The notes: generated by a model from the sequence alone, not told the origin. A DNA stretch of 62,528 bases from Steroidobacteraceae bacterium (GCA_035319505.1 DATHCO010000130.1:1-62528), one strand, 5' to 3'. Counted from the stretch's first letter, positions 42,747 through 54,725 are shown. Made by a program: numbers and translations.

Positions 42747-42990
42747 CTACGCGATCGCCGCCTGCGCGATCTCATCGAGCTTCTTCATCTGCGCCACGTG
42801 CTCTTTGAGGTCTCGCAGCTTTGACTGCTGTGTTTGCAGCTCTCTGCGTTGGCGAGCTGCCAGCGCTGGTTCTGCACCTCATTGAGCAGCATGGACGCGA
42901 GCTCATCGTACCGCACCTCCTCGATCCGCCTCCCCAACAGCTCCGGATAGACACGCTCGACTTGCTCGGCGTTGCGCGCTCGGGGGCGGA
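42747..42990 (-). pseudogene. C-terminal relic of a tail-fibre-domain protein (peptidase S74 intramolecular-chaperone region), frameshifted
   Basis: My own translation gives one frame, ARNAEQVERVYPELLGRRIEEVRYDELASMLLNEVQNQRWQLANAE, which stops at 42784. After a shift at GCAGAGAGCTGC (42835..42846) a second frame reads ELQTQQSKLRDLKEHVAQMKKLDEIAQAAIA*. The IAxEVExVxPELV...VxYxxL..LLNExQ pattern plus coiled-coil tail is typical of S74 chaperone domains. No N-terminal part is present. Confidence 0.45.
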
Positions 42991-43055
42991 TTCAGCCGGG
43001 GAATCCAGTGGTAATTTCAGCTCGGCGGTCGCGCGCAGTGCTGCCGCATGCGGGG

Positions 43056-44393
43056 CTATTTTCCGATGCAGAAGCTCCCGAAAATCGCCCCGAGCAACTC
43101 CTCGCTCGTCACCTCGCCGGTGATCTCACCGAGCGCGCGCTGCGCGAGCCTCAAGTCCTCCGCGAAGAGCTCGAACGCGCGGGCGTCCTCGAGCGACTCG
43201 GCCGCGCTTTGTGCGAGCGAGCGAGCACGCTTCAAGGCTTCCAGGTGCCGGCGCCGCGCCGCGAGCGCACCTGCTTCGGTGTCCAAGTAACCGGCGCTGC
43301 GCTTCAAGTGGGTGCGCAACAGATCGAGCCCTGCGCCCGTCTTCGCGCTCACGAACACTCGCGGGGGATCCTCCTCGGTTGCGTGCGCGGCGATGCCGGA
43401 GAGGTCGATCTTGTTGAGCACCCAGGTGACGGGGACCTCGAGGGGCAGGGACTCTCGAGGTGGCTCGCATCGATCGAGACTCGAGTCGATGACGTAGAGG
43501 ATCCGATCGGCGCGGCACATCTCCGCTTTGGCACGCCGAATGCCCTCCTCCTCGGCCGGATCGAGAGCGATGCGCAGACCCGCGGTATCGACGAGGTTGA
43601 GCGGCAACCCATCGAGGTGAATGTGCTGTCGCAGGACGTCCCGGGTGGTTCCCGGTGCGGGCGTGACGATGGCAACGTCATCGCCCGCGAGTCGATTGAG
43701 CAGGCTCGACTTACCCGCGTTCGGTTGCCCCGCGATCACGACCGTCAAGCCCTCGCGCAGCAGCGCTCCCTGACGCGCCTGAGCCAGGGTTGCCTCGAAA
43801 GCCTCGAACAGCTGCTCGAGCCGTCGGGTGATGGCGGGCGTCGACAGCACCTCGATGTCCTCGTCCGGAAAATCGATGGCAGCCTCGACATGGACGCGCA
43901 AATCGGTGAGCAGCGCCTGAAGCGTATGAATGCGCGCGGAGAGCTCCCCCTGCATGGAGCGCACCGCCGCCCGGGCAGCGGCCGCCGTCCCCGCATCGAT
44001 CAGGTCCGCGACGGCTTCCGCCTGCGCAATGTCCATCTTGCCGTTCAGAAATGCTCGCTCGCTGAACTCTCCCGGTCGCGCCATGCGACAGCCGAGCTCG
44101 AGCGAGCGCTCGAGGAGGAGATCCATCACCACCGCGCCCCCGTGCGCGTGCAGCTCCAGCACATGTTCCCCGGTGAAGGAGGCGGGTGCGGGGAAGTACA
44201 GCGCGAGCCCCTGATCGAGCGCGAGCCCTTCGGCGTCGAGAAAGCTCGCAACGCAGACACGCCGCGGCGGTGGCAAGCACCCGAGCATCGCCCCGGCGAT
44301 TCGCGGCACCTCGGGTCCGGACAGCTTGAGGATGCCGACAGCGGCCCGCCCGGCCGCAGTGGCGATCGCGACGATGGTCTCCTCGGTGCTCAC
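43056..44393 (-). CDS. mnmE: tRNA modification GTPase MnmE (TrmE)
   Basis: G1 motif GQPNAGKSSLLN, DTAGLR, and the C-terminal FCIGK. Confidence 0.97.
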   Translation of the reverse strand: MSTEETIVAIATAAGRAAVGILKLSGPEVPRIAGAMLGCLPPPRRVCVASFLDAEGLALDQGLALYFPAPASFTGEHVLELHAHGGAVVMDLLLERSLELGCRMARPGEFSERAFLNGKMDIAQAEAVADLIDAGTAAAARAAVRSMQGELSARIHTLQALLTDLRVHVEAAIDFPDEDIEVLSTPAITRRLEQLFEAFEATLAQARQGALLREGLTVVIAGQPNAGKSSLLNRLAGDDVAIVTPAPGTTRDVLRQHIHLDGLPLNLVDTAGLRIALDPAEEEGIRRAKAEMCRADRILYVIDSSLDRCEPPRESLPLEVPVTWVLNKIDLSGIAAHATEEDPPRVFVSAKTGAGLDLLRTHLKRSAGYLDTEAGALAARRRHLEALKRARSLAQSAAESLEDARAFELFAEDLRLAQRALGEITGEVTSEELLGAIFGSFCIGK

Positions 44394-44403
44394 CCGGGCT
44401 CCT

Positions 44404-46131
44404 TCAGGAGCGCGGCCTCGCCTCGGCCTGAGTGATCTGATTGATGCGCCACTGCTGGGCGATGGAAAGCACCGTATTCGTCAACCAATAGAGCACCAAG
44501 CCGGATGGGAACCACGCCATCATGCCCGTCATCACGAGCGGCATGAACTGCATGATCTTGGCCTGCATGGGATCGGGCGGCGCGGGATTCAACTTGAACT
44601 GCGCAAACATCGAGGCCCCCATCAGCAGAGGCAGGACGAAGTAGGGGTCGTGCGCGGACAGGTCGTTGATCCACAACAGGAAGGGCGCTTGGCGCATCTC
44701 CACGCTCTCGAGCAGCACCCAGTAGAACGAGATGAAGAACGGGATCTGCACGATCATCGGCAGGCATCCGGCCAAGGGGTTGATTTTCTCCTTCTTGTAG
44801 AGCTCCATCATGGCGCGACCGAGCTTCTCTCGGTCGTCCTTGAAGGTCTCCTGGATCTGCTTCATGCGGGGCGCCACGGCACGCATCTTGGCCATGGAGC
44901 GGCCGCTCGCCTGGCTCAACGGATAAAAGATGAGCTTGATGATCGCGGTGACGATGATGATGGCCCAGCCCCAGTTACCCGTGATCCCGTCCACCCACCG
45001 AAGGCCGGCGAACAGCGGCTGAGCGATGACGGTGAGGAGCCCATAGTCGGCGGTTCGCTCGAGTCGCGGACCAATGACCGCCAGCTGCGACTGCAACTTC
45101 GGTCCGATGAAGAGCTTCTCACGGAATTGTGCGGCAGCACCGGCCGCAATCTGCTTGAACGGACCGGTTGCGCTCAAGAGGTACTCGTGGCTGTCCACCT
45201 GCAGGGCGTAGTTGTAGGGCTGATCGGCGGGCGGCACGATCGCGGAAACGAAGTGATGCTGGAGCGATGCCAGCCAGCCGTTGGTGACGATCTGCGCAAA
45301 ATGGCTGTCGGCGGAGCTTTCGACCTTGAGATCGCGCGTCTTTGTTCCGTCGAACACCGACGGGCCCTTGAATGAGTAGGTCTCCACATCGAAGTACGAG
45401 CGCGAGGCGTGCTCCCAGTGGCGCAGGATCTGTCCATAGGAGGCGAGCGAGCGGGCGGTGGCGGAGTCGTTGCGCACCTGGTAGTCGAGATCGATTCCGT
45501 ACCATCCGCGGGTGAACACGAAGGTCTTGGTCACCGAGAGCCCGTGGCCGTCGCTCCACTCGAGCGGCACCCGCAATTCCTTCGCGGCCGCCGGCAGCAC
45601 GTAGGCGCTCGCGGGTGATGTCCAGGTGGCCAGATGCGTCGGTGCCTCCTCGCCGGACCCGCCGACGAGACCGGTCTGCAACTCATAGAGTGAGCCGCTC
45701 TCGGGATTCTCGAGCCGCACGGGAATGCCGGGTGTGTCCTTGTGAAGCGGGTACTGCCTGAGATCGGCGCGGTCGATCTCGCCGCCCTTCAAGCTGATCT
45801 CGATATCGAGCACGTCCGTGACGACGTGGACCGTCGGCGCGGCTTCGCCGGGTGTGGTGGGCGGTGAGGCAGCCGCACCCGGAGGCGAGGGGACGGCGCC
45901 CGACAGGGTAGGCGCGGCGGGCGGGCTCGTCTCCGTGCCGGCGGCCGGGGGTGGGCTCGGCGGCTTGGGAAGCGACTCGCCCAGAGGATTCGTCGGCGCG
46001 GGTGCGTTCACACCGGCGGGAGCTGCGGGGCCGCTCAGTCCCAGCGACCCGTAGTCGCGCATCCACGTTTCGTAGTTGATGAAGAGGATCAGGCCGAGCG
46101 CGACCCAGAGCAGTGCCCGAGTGCTAGGCAT
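44404..46131 (-). CDS. yidC: membrane protein insertase YidC
   Basis: 575 aa. N-terminal TM helix, large periplasmic domain, conserved C-terminal 5-TM core (...[19 protein letters not shown]...). Confidence 0.97.
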   Translation of the reverse strand: MPSTRALLWVALGLILFINYETWMRDYGSLGLSGPAAPAGVNAPAPTNPLGESLPKPPSPPPAAGTETSPPAAPTLSGAVPSPPGAAASPPTTPGEAAPTVHVVTDVLDIEISLKGGEIDRADLRQYPLHKDTPGIPVRLENPESGSLYELQTGLVGGSGEEAPTHLATWTSPASAYVLPAAAKELRVPLEWSDGHGLSVTKTFVFTRGWYGIDLDYQVRNDSATARSLASYGQILRHWEHASRSYFDVETYSFKGPSVFDGTKTRDLKVESSADSHFAQIVTNGWLASLQHHFVSAIVPPADQPYNYALQVDSHEYLLSATGPFKQIAAGAAAQFREKLFIGPKLQSQLAVIGPRLERTADYGLLTVIAQPLFAGLRWVDGITGNWGWAIIIVTAIIKLIFYPLSQASGRSMAKMRAVAPRMKQIQETFKDDREKLGRAMMELYKKEKINPLAGCLPMIVQIPFFISFYWVLLESVEMRQAPFLLWINDLSAHDPYFVLPLLMGASMFAQFKLNPAPPDPMQAKIMQFMPLVMTGMMAWFPSGLVLYWLTNTVLSIAQQWRINQITQAEARPRS

Positions 46132-46354
46132 CGATCAATCTCTTGTCCGGCACTGGGTCGTAGCCACCGCTCGCAAAGGGGTGGCAGCGAAGCAGACGTC
46201 TCGCCGCGAGATAACAGCCGGCGAGCACCCCGTGCCGCTCGATCGCCGTATGCGCATAGCATGAGCAGCTCGGATAGAAGCGGCAGCTCGGACCGAGCAG
46301 CGGGCTCAAAGTCCACTGGTAGATGCGAATCATCGCCAACAGAGCGCGGCGCAT
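46124..46354 (-). CDS. yidD: membrane protein insertion efficiency factor YidD
   Basis: ORF track 46124..46384. [34 protein letters not shown]...[17 protein letters not shown] 46354 lies 2 nt after the rnpA stop; GTG 46360 is the alternative. Confidence 0.9.
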   Translation of the reverse strand: MRRALLAMIRIYQWTLSPLLGPSCRFYPSCSCYAHTAIERHGVLAGCYLAARRLLRCHPFASGGYDPVPDKRLIDA

Positions 46355-46356
46355 GC

Positions 46357-46674
46357 TCACATTTCCCGCCTGATGCTCTTCCAATGCCTCAGCAAGCTCG
46401 CGCGCAAATCGGGCGCCGGCGCGCGGCGCGCGCCGTCGCGCACCGCCACCGTGATATCGACGGCCGGGAGGCTATGTTGGTTCAAGCGAAAGGACTCGCG
46501 CGCGAGGCGCTTCAAGAAGTTGCGCGCGACCGCGCTGCCGCAGGCACGCGTCGCTATCGCGAGCCCGAGGCGTGGATGATCTTCGTGGTTGGCGAGTACA
46601 GACAATGTAAAGTACGCGTCGGTGAATCGCTTGCCGCGCTGCCGTACCTCGCGAAATTCGGCCGGCTGGTGCAA
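46357..46674 (-). CDS. rnpA: ribonuclease P protein component
   Basis: ...[30 protein letters not shown]... is the RnpA RNR-type basic motif. The first canonical start is TTG 46674, but the homologous N-terminal region seems to extend upstream (see findings). Confidence 0.88.
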   Translation of the reverse strand: MHQPAEFREVRQRGKRFTDAYFTLSVLANHEDHPRLGLAIATRACGSAVARNFLKRLARESFRLNQHSLPAVDITVAVRDGARRAPAPDLRASLLRHWKSIRREM

Positions 46675-46721
46675 TCGCTTGCGCGGCTCGAACTTGAACT
46701 TGGTCAGGGGCCGTTACGCCG

Positions 46722-46856
46722 TCAAGGGCAGAGGCGCTTGCGACCCTTCGCACGGCGCCGAGCCAGCACCGCCCGACCGCTCTTGGTCGCCATCCGCGCA
46801 CGAAATCCGTGGGTACGGACACGATGTAGATTGCTCGGATTGAAGGTGCGTTTCAT
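46722..46856 (-). CDS. rpmH: 50S ribosomal protein L34
   Basis: ORF track 46722..46907. ATG 46856 checked. [42 protein letters not shown]. Confidence 0.97.
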   Translation of the reverse strand: MKRTFNPSNLHRVRTHGFRARMATKSGRAVLARRRAKGRKRLCP

Positions 46857-47012
46857 ACGGCAACTCAAGCAAAAACAACGAACTGGGCGATTTGCGAAAG
46901 GCCGCAAGGGTACTGACCGAGCATTGATGTGTCAATAGACGGACCGCCGAGTTGGCGCTAGACTCGCTCCCCCTTTCGTGGTTGCTCCATCGCCGATTAT
47001 AGGAGAGCGCTC

Positions 47013-48389
47013 TTGCCGGAGTCGCTGTGGAACCGTTGTCTTCGTGTGCTCGAGAGCGAACTCCCGATGCAGCAGTTCAACACCTGGGTGCGACCGCTCC
47101 ATGCCGTCGAGCGTAACGGCGAGCTCAAGCTGCTCGCGCCCAATCGTTATGTGATCGAATGGCTGGGCGACAACTCGCTCTCGCGCATCAAGGAGTTGAT
47201 TCGCCAGTTCGCCGAGGAGGGAGCGGCGCCCGAGCTGGTGCTGGACGTGGGCACGCGTGCGAGCGCGCCAGCTGCTAGCGCCTCGCCCGCGCTGAGCCCG
47301 CCCGGAGCGAACGGGGCACCCGATGCGTCGGTACCCCCAAAAGCGCGACGACCTTCCCCGCTGGTGCTCGGCAGCCGGCTCAATCCGGATTTCACTTTCG
47401 AGAGCTTCGTCGAGGGAAAGAGCAATCAGCTGGCCAAGGCAGCGGCCATTCAAGTGGCCGGCAATCCCGGCAAGGCGTACAACCCGCTGTTCATCTACGG
47501 CGGCGTGGGTCTCGGCAAGACGCACCTGATGCACGCGGTCGCGAATCGAATCAAAGAGCGCAACAAAGAGGCGCGGCTCGCTTATGTGCACAGCGAGCGC
47601 TTCGTGAGCGACATGGTGAAGGCTCTGCAGCACAACACCATCAACGATTTCAAGACCGCGTATCGATCGCTCGATGCGCTGATGATCGACGATATTCAGT
47701 TCTTCGCCGGCAAGGATCGCTCCCAGGAGGAGTTCTTTCACACCTTCAATGCGTTGCTCGAGAGTCAGCAACAAGTCATCCTCACCTGCGATCGATATCC
47801 GAAGGAGGTGGACGGACTCGAGGAGCGGCTCAAGTCGCGCTTCGGATGGGGATTGACGGTCGCGATCGAGCCGCCGGAGCTCGAGACCTGCGTCGCGATC
47901 CTGATGAGCAAGGCGGCGATGTCGAATGTGGATCTGCCCGAAGAGGTGGCGTTCTTCATCGCCAAGCGCATTCGCTCGAACGTGCGCGAGCTGGAGGGCG
48001 CACTGAAGCGGGTCGTGGCCACGTCCCATTTTACCGGCCGTCCGATCACTCTGGAATTCGCCAAGGAGGCTCTCAAGGACCTGTTGGCGCTTCAAGAGAA
48101 GCTAGTGACCGTGGAAAATATCCAAAAGACCGTCGCCGAATACTACAAAATCCGGATCGCGGACTTGATGTCGAAGCGGCGCAGCCGCTCCATCGCGCGA
48201 CCGCGCCAGGTGGCCATGGCGCTCGCGAAAGAGCTGACCAATTACAGCTTGCCTGAGATCGGCGACGCGTTCGGCGGGCGCGACCACACCACGGTGCTGC
48301 ACGCATGCCGCCGAGTCAAGGAGCTGCGGGAATCGGAACGGCGGATCGGCGAGGATTACATGAACCTGTTGAGAACCCTCGCGGGATGA
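47013..48389 (+). CDS. dnaA: chromosomal replication initiator protein DnaA
   Basis: TTG start at 47013, 6 nt after AGGAGA. Walker [12 protein letters not shown]-terminal DNA-binding domain ...[15 protein letters not shown]. Confidence 0.97.
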   Translation: MPESLWNRCLRVLESELPMQQFNTWVRPLHAVERNGELKLLAPNRYVIEWLGDNSLSRIKELIRQFAEEGAAPELVLDVGTRASAPAASASPALSPPGANGAPDASVPPKARRPSPLVLGSRLNPDFTFESFVEGKSNQLAKAAAIQVAGNPGKAYNPLFIYGGVGLGKTHLMHAVANRIKERNKEARLAYVHSERFVSDMVKALQHNTINDFKTAYRSLDALMIDDIQFFAGKDRSQEEFFHTFNALLESQQQVILTCDRYPKEVDGLEERLKSRFGWGLTVAIEPPELETCVAILMSKAAMSNVDLPEEVAFFIAKRIRSNVRELEGALKRVVATSHFTGRPITLEFAKEALKDLLALQEKLVTVENIQKTVAEYYKIRIADLMSKRRSRSIARPRQVAMALAKELTNYSLPEIGDAFGGRDHTTVLHACRRVKELRESERRIGEDYMNLLRTLAG

Positions 48390-48610
48390 GAACAAGAATC
48401 TGTGGATAATGTGTGGAGGAGAATTTATCCACAGATGATATACAGCTTGGAAACATGCGACCGACAATTCTCGCGCCTGGCTGGGTTGAACATAAATCAT
48501 TGATGTCCGGCGTAATTTAAGCCTTATCCACCGGGATCGAGGGGCTTCATAATCACAGCAATAAACTCCTTCAAGAATAAGACTTAAGATGAGCTTCAGG
48601 GTGATCGCAC
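48390..48610. other. candidate oriC / DnaA-box cluster in the dnaA-dnaN spacer
   Basis: Perfect DnaA boxes TGTGGATAA (48401..48409) and TTATCCACA (48425..48433) in inverted orientation. A third box, TTATCCACC (48524..48532), has 1 mismatch. AT-rich tracts around 48490..48520 and 48545..48590 in an otherwise GC-rich genome. I found no box in the rpmH-dnaA spacer. Confidence 0.55.
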
Positions 48611-49708
48611 ATGAAATTGACGGCCGAGCGCGAAAAGTTATTGGTTCCCTTGCAGGCGGTGATTGGCGTGGTCGAGCGCCGGCAGACGATGCCGGTTCTG
48701 GCAAATGTGCTCTTGAGCCTCTCGCAAGATCGGATGTCCATCACTGCGACCGATCTCGAGGTCGAGCTCGTCGCTCAAGGAGAGGCCGCTGTCCACCAGG
48801 TGGGCGATGTCACCGTTCCGGGCCGAAAGTTCTTGGACATCCTGCGAGCGCTGCCAGAGAAAGTCGCCGTCTCGATCAGCATCGAGGGTGAGAAGGCGGT
48901 GATCCGAGCCGGGCGCAGCCGCTTTAGCCTCTCGACGCTCCCGGCGGCTGAATTCCCCGTGGTCGATGACATCAATTCTCAGCAGACGGTCGAGATTTCC
49001 CGAGAGGAGCTTATCCGCATTCTCGATAAGACCCACTTTTCCATGGCACAGCAGGATGTTCGATATTACTTAAACGGGATGCTGCTCGAGATCGACGGAC
49101 AGACCCTGCGAGCGGTCGCGACCGATGGACATCGGCTGGCACTGTGCGAGGCATCGCTCAAGAGCAAGGCAAGGAGTTCGCAGCAAGTGATCGTGCCGCG
49201 CAAAGGCGTGTTGGAGCTGCAGCGCATATTGACCCCCGAAGGCGCGGCCGGAGTGGCGATAGGAACCAATCACATTCGCGCCCAGATCGGCGACGTTCGC
49301 TTCACTTCAAAGCTAATAGACGGCCGGTTTCCGGAATATACCCGAGTCATTCCTTCGGCTCCGGCGGCGGTCATCCGGGCGGATCGTGATGTGCTGCGGC
49401 AGGCGCTACAGCGCACGGCGATTCTCTCGAATGAGAAGTACCGCGGCATCCGCATCAGCGTGAAAAAAAATGCCCTTACCATTCAAGCGCATAACCCGGA
49501 GCAGGAGGAAGCCGAGGAAGAGATTGAAGTTCGCTACGAGGGCGGAGATCTCGAGGTGGGCTTCAATGTGAATTACTTGCTCGATGCGTTGACTGCAATC
49601 GATGGCCAAGAGGTCGAGCTCGGTCTCACCGATAGTAACAGCAGTTGTCTGATCCGCTCGCCCGGTCTCACCAGCGCACGCTACGTTGTGATGCCAATGA
49701 GGCTCTAG
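48611..49708 (+). CDS. dnaN: DNA polymerase III beta sliding clamp
   Basis: MKLTAEREKLLVPLQAVIGVVERRQTMPVLANVLL is the canonical DnaN N-terminus. 365 aa. Confidence 0.97.
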   Translation: MKLTAEREKLLVPLQAVIGVVERRQTMPVLANVLLSLSQDRMSITATDLEVELVAQGEAAVHQVGDVTVPGRKFLDILRALPEKVAVSISIEGEKAVIRAGRSRFSLSTLPAAEFPVVDDINSQQTVEISREELIRILDKTHFSMAQQDVRYYLNGMLLEIDGQTLRAVATDGHRLALCEASLKSKARSSQQVIVPRKGVLELQRILTPEGAAGVAIGTNHIRAQIGDVRFTSKLIDGRFPEYTRVIPSAPAAVIRADRDVLRQALQRTAILSNEKYRGIRISVKKNALTIQAHNPEQEEAEEEIEVRYEGGDLEVGFNVNYLLDALTAIDGQEVELGLTDSNSSCLIRSPGLTSARYVVMPMRL

Positions 49709-49716
49709 GAACCTCG

Positions 49717-50790
49717 ATGACCGTGCGGCGGGTGCAGGTGACGGACTTCCGCTGCTTGCACCAGGCTGACCTTGACCTTGACCCTCAGTTCACGCTGATC
49801 AGCGGACCGAATGCCTCTGGCAAGACGAGTCTGCTCGAGGCGATTTATGTGCTGGGCCGCGGTCGCTCCTTTCGCACGCGGCGAATCGATCATCTCGTTC
49901 GCGCAGGGGCGCAGCGATTGATCGTCTTCGGTGAAGTCGAGAAGGCGCACCGCTCGGTTGGCCTTGGGATCGAAGGTTCCGCATCGGGGTTTCGCGCGAA
50001 GATCGGCGGGGAACGAGTCAGCTCGCTCGCAGAGCTCGCCGCAGCGCTTCCGGTCCAAATCATCGACCCGGAAATTCATCGCTTGATCGAAGAGGGCCCC
50101 AGTCGACGCCGGCGCTTCCTTGATTGGGGCGTGTTCCACGTGGAACCGGGTTTCGTCGCGACCTGGCAGAAGTACACGCTCGTCCTACGGCAGCGCAACG
50201 CCGTACTCAAAGCCGCGCAATCCTCATCGATGGTGTCCGCGTGGGATGGCGAGCTGATCCGTCACGGCGAGCTGCTGACGGAAGCACGCATGCGCTACGT
50301 CGAGCGCCTGGCACCCGTGGCGGATTCCCTGGCGTCAAAGCTCTTAGGCATGAAGCTCGCGCTCACCTATCGATCGGGCTGGGCTCGAGATCTGAGCCTA
50401 AGGGAGGCTCTCGATCGGAGTCGGCGGCAGGATCAGGAGCTGGGTGCCACTCAGGTCGGACCGCAGCGCGCCGATCTGAGCATTCGCCTGGATGGCCTGC
50501 CCGCGAGAGATCGAATCTCTCGCGGGCAACAGAAGCTTCTCGCCGCCGTTCTGTTACTTGCACAGATCAATCTCTTTCCCGAGGAGTGCGCCGTTCGTCC
50601 CATGCTCCTGCTGGATGATCCCGCAGCCGAGCTTGATCTTGGGCGACTGGCAGCGCTGATCCGGGAAGTTCGCGCTCAGTCGCTGCAACTGGTGGTCACC
50701 ACGTTGCATGAAGAGCTCGATGAACTCTCGGCGTTTGGGACACCTGGGCGGCGTTACCGGCTCGATGCCGGCAGCATTCGCGAAGAATGA
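49717..50790 (+). CDS. recF: DNA replication/repair protein RecF
   Basis: ORF track 49645..50790. ATG 49717. Walker A GPNASGKTSLLEA. Signature RGQQKLL. Confidence 0.95.
   Translation: MTVRRVQVTDFRCLHQADLDLDPQFTLISGPNASGKTSLLEAIYVLGRGRSFRTRRIDHLVRAGAQRLIVFGEVEKAHRSVGLGIEGSASGFRAKIGGERVSSLAELAAALPVQIIDPEIHRLIEEGPSRRRRFLDWGVFHVEPGFVATWQKYTLVLRQRNAVLKAAQSSSMVSAWDGELIRHGELLTEARMRYVERLAPVADSLASKLLGMKLALTYRSGWARDLSLREALDRSRRQDQELGATQVGPQRADLSIRLDGLPARDRISRGQQKLLAAVLLLAQINLFPEECAVRPMLLLDDPAAELDLGRLAALIREVRAQSLQLVVTTLHEELDELSAFGTPGRRYRLDAGSIREE
50132..50147. promoter_or_regulatory. parS centromere-like site (inside recF)
   Basis: TGTTCCACGTGGAACC, 15/16 to the Pseudomonas-type parS consensus TGTTCCACGTGGAACA. 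It is encoded by the RecF codons for GVFHVE. Confidence 0.7.
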
Positions 50791-50805
50791 ATCCGCAGGC
50801 AGCTC

Positions 50806-50821
50806 CGTTTCACGTGGAACC
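50806..50821. promoter_or_regulatory. parS centromere-like site (recF-gyrB spacer)
   Basis: CGTTTCACGTGGAACC, 13/16 to TGTTCCACGTGGAACA. The left half matches the TGTTTCAC variant. Confidence 0.55.
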
Positions 50822-50893
50822 GGATCAAGTGCTCAGCGCTCATCACCCAAGGTCGCTCACGGAAACCGGAACGCGCGTTTCAGCGGTTCCCTC

Positions 50894-50909
50894 CGTTCCA
50901 CGTGGAACA
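50894..50909. promoter_or_regulatory. parS centromere-like site (recF-gyrB spacer)
   Basis: CGTTCCACGTGGAACA, 15/16 to the consensus. The 14-bp core GTTCCACGTGGAAC is a perfect palindrome. Confidence 0.7.
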
Positions 50910-50954
50910 AGGCGCGCGATTATCCGCTCGCCTCGTAACTCACGCGATGCTCAA

Positions 50955-50986
50955 TGGAGAAATGCGGGGGTGGAGAAATGCGGAGG
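50955..50986. repeat. tandem 16-bp direct repeat (TGGAGAAATGCGGGGG / TGGAGAAATGCGGAGG)
   Basis: 15/16 identical, head-to-tail, in the recF-gyrB spacer. Confidence 0.6.
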
Positions 50987-51055
50987 CCCATGAGTCTCAA
51001 CCTCGCGCGATGCGCGGGTGCGGCAGCCGAGGACGCCGCCGCCCAGCAGCAACAA

Positions 51056-51075
51056 AATTCTCATCAATTCTCATC
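51056..51075. repeat. tandem 10-bp direct repeat (AATTCTCATC x2)
   Basis: Perfect duplication read directly, in the recF-gyrB spacer. Confidence 0.6.
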
Positions 51076-51198
51076 TGGCCCTATCCGCGAGGCCCCCTCT
51101 GGTCGAAGGGACGAGGTCGCCGCCCTAAAAGCCAACTATCGCCCGGCCTTCGCTTTGATCCGACCGACCAGCGTATGCAGTTGATTTCTAAGTATTAA

Positions 51199-53682
<2,484 letters not shown>

Positions 53683-53841
53683 CGCCGCGCTGCGGCCACG
53701 CATTTGTGTCCCAATACCGGACGATGCTGGGATCCGGATCGCAACTCGTTCTGGCGTGATGCGGATCTGTTCTCGTCGAACGCGGGAATCATCACCCAGG
53801 CCCGCTGATGGCAGGACCTGCCGAGGCCCGTGACGGCGGCC

Positions 53842-54582
53842 TCAGAGGTTGTTGTTGTAGCGGGTACAGCCCGACCCGTTCTCCTGGACGCCCCCCAAAG
53901 TCTCGAACACGGCGGTATTGCCGACCAGATTGGAGGGACAGCCGACCTCGATGCCGATGACATTGCTCGAGGCCGTGTTGCCGCTGATGGTCGAGAAAAG
54001 GACCACCGAGATCCCGGTGCCGAATCCCGAGACGATGTTCTCGGTCACGAGCGCGTTGTTGTTGGTGACGATGCCGTTGCCGAAGCGCGGCGAATTTCCT
54101 TGCTCCAGAAATCCGCCCGGGCCGGTCAACCGATTCTCTTTCACCAAGGCGCCGAAGCCCATGTTGATTCCGTTGACGATATGGGTGGCCTGGACCCGCT
54201 CGACCGAGCAGCCCGAGCAGCTCTCGAGCGCAATGGCGAACGACCACTGGGCGAGGTTTCCGTTCAGGATCGACACCCCGCTGTGCGCGGTGCCCGCGTC
54301 CGATATGCCGGTGGCACCGCTGATAGTGCCCGGGCCCGTGATCGTGAAGCCGTTCAAGTCCAGAGTCACATCGCCGGTCACGATATGAATCGCGTCCGAG
54401 GCCGTCGCCGTCAAATTACTCTCCAGGCGATAGCTCCCCGCAGTGTTGATCACATAAGGAAACCCGCCGCTCGCGAGAACTGTGGCTTGGTCGATCAGCA
54501 CGACCCCGTCCGCGGCCTGCGCAGCAACCGACGCGAGAGACAGCAGGGCGAGGGGAAGGAGCGCGGCCAAGAGCTTCGACAT
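53842..54582 (-). CDS. secreted right-handed parallel beta-helix repeat protein (246 aa)
   Basis: Strong SD (AGGAGG) before ATG 54582. Signal peptide MSKLLAALLPLALLSLASVAAQA. Repetitive Gly/Asn/Thr/Ile-Val coils (...ITGPGTISGATGISD..., ...GNGIVTNNNALVTENIVSGFGTGISV...). Confidence 0.7.
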   Translation of the reverse strand: MSKLLAALLPLALLSLASVAAQAADGVVLIDQATVLASGGFPYVINTAGSYRLESNLTATASDAIHIVTGDVTLDLNGFTITGPGTISGATGISDAGTAHSGVSILNGNLAQWSFAIALESCSGCSVERVQATHIVNGINMGFGALVKENRLTGPGGFLEQGNSPRFGNGIVTNNNALVTENIVSGFGTGISVVLFSTISGNTASSNVIGIEVGCPSNLVGNTAVFETLGGVQENGSGCTRYNNNL

Positions 54583-54725
54583 GATGAGTTCCTCCTGCGT
54601 TGTGAGGCTTTCGCGCCGGGGGCGCGCGACGAAAATCGCCCGTACGTCACTTCAATGCGTAAAACGGGCGCGAATTGCCTCACCGCTCGCGCTTATCGTG
54701 CGCGCTCCCGCTTATCGTGCGGCGG

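Noticed and set aside
46857-47012. rpmH-dnaA spacer considered as oriC, as in Pseudomonas.
   Set aside because: I found no sequence within 2 mismatches of TTATCCACA there. The spacer is short and not notably AT-rich.
50955-51075. Tandem repeats considered as a CRISPR array or minisatellite.
   Set aside because: There are only two copies each, 10 to 16 bp long, with no spacers of CRISPR size and no cas genes in the window.
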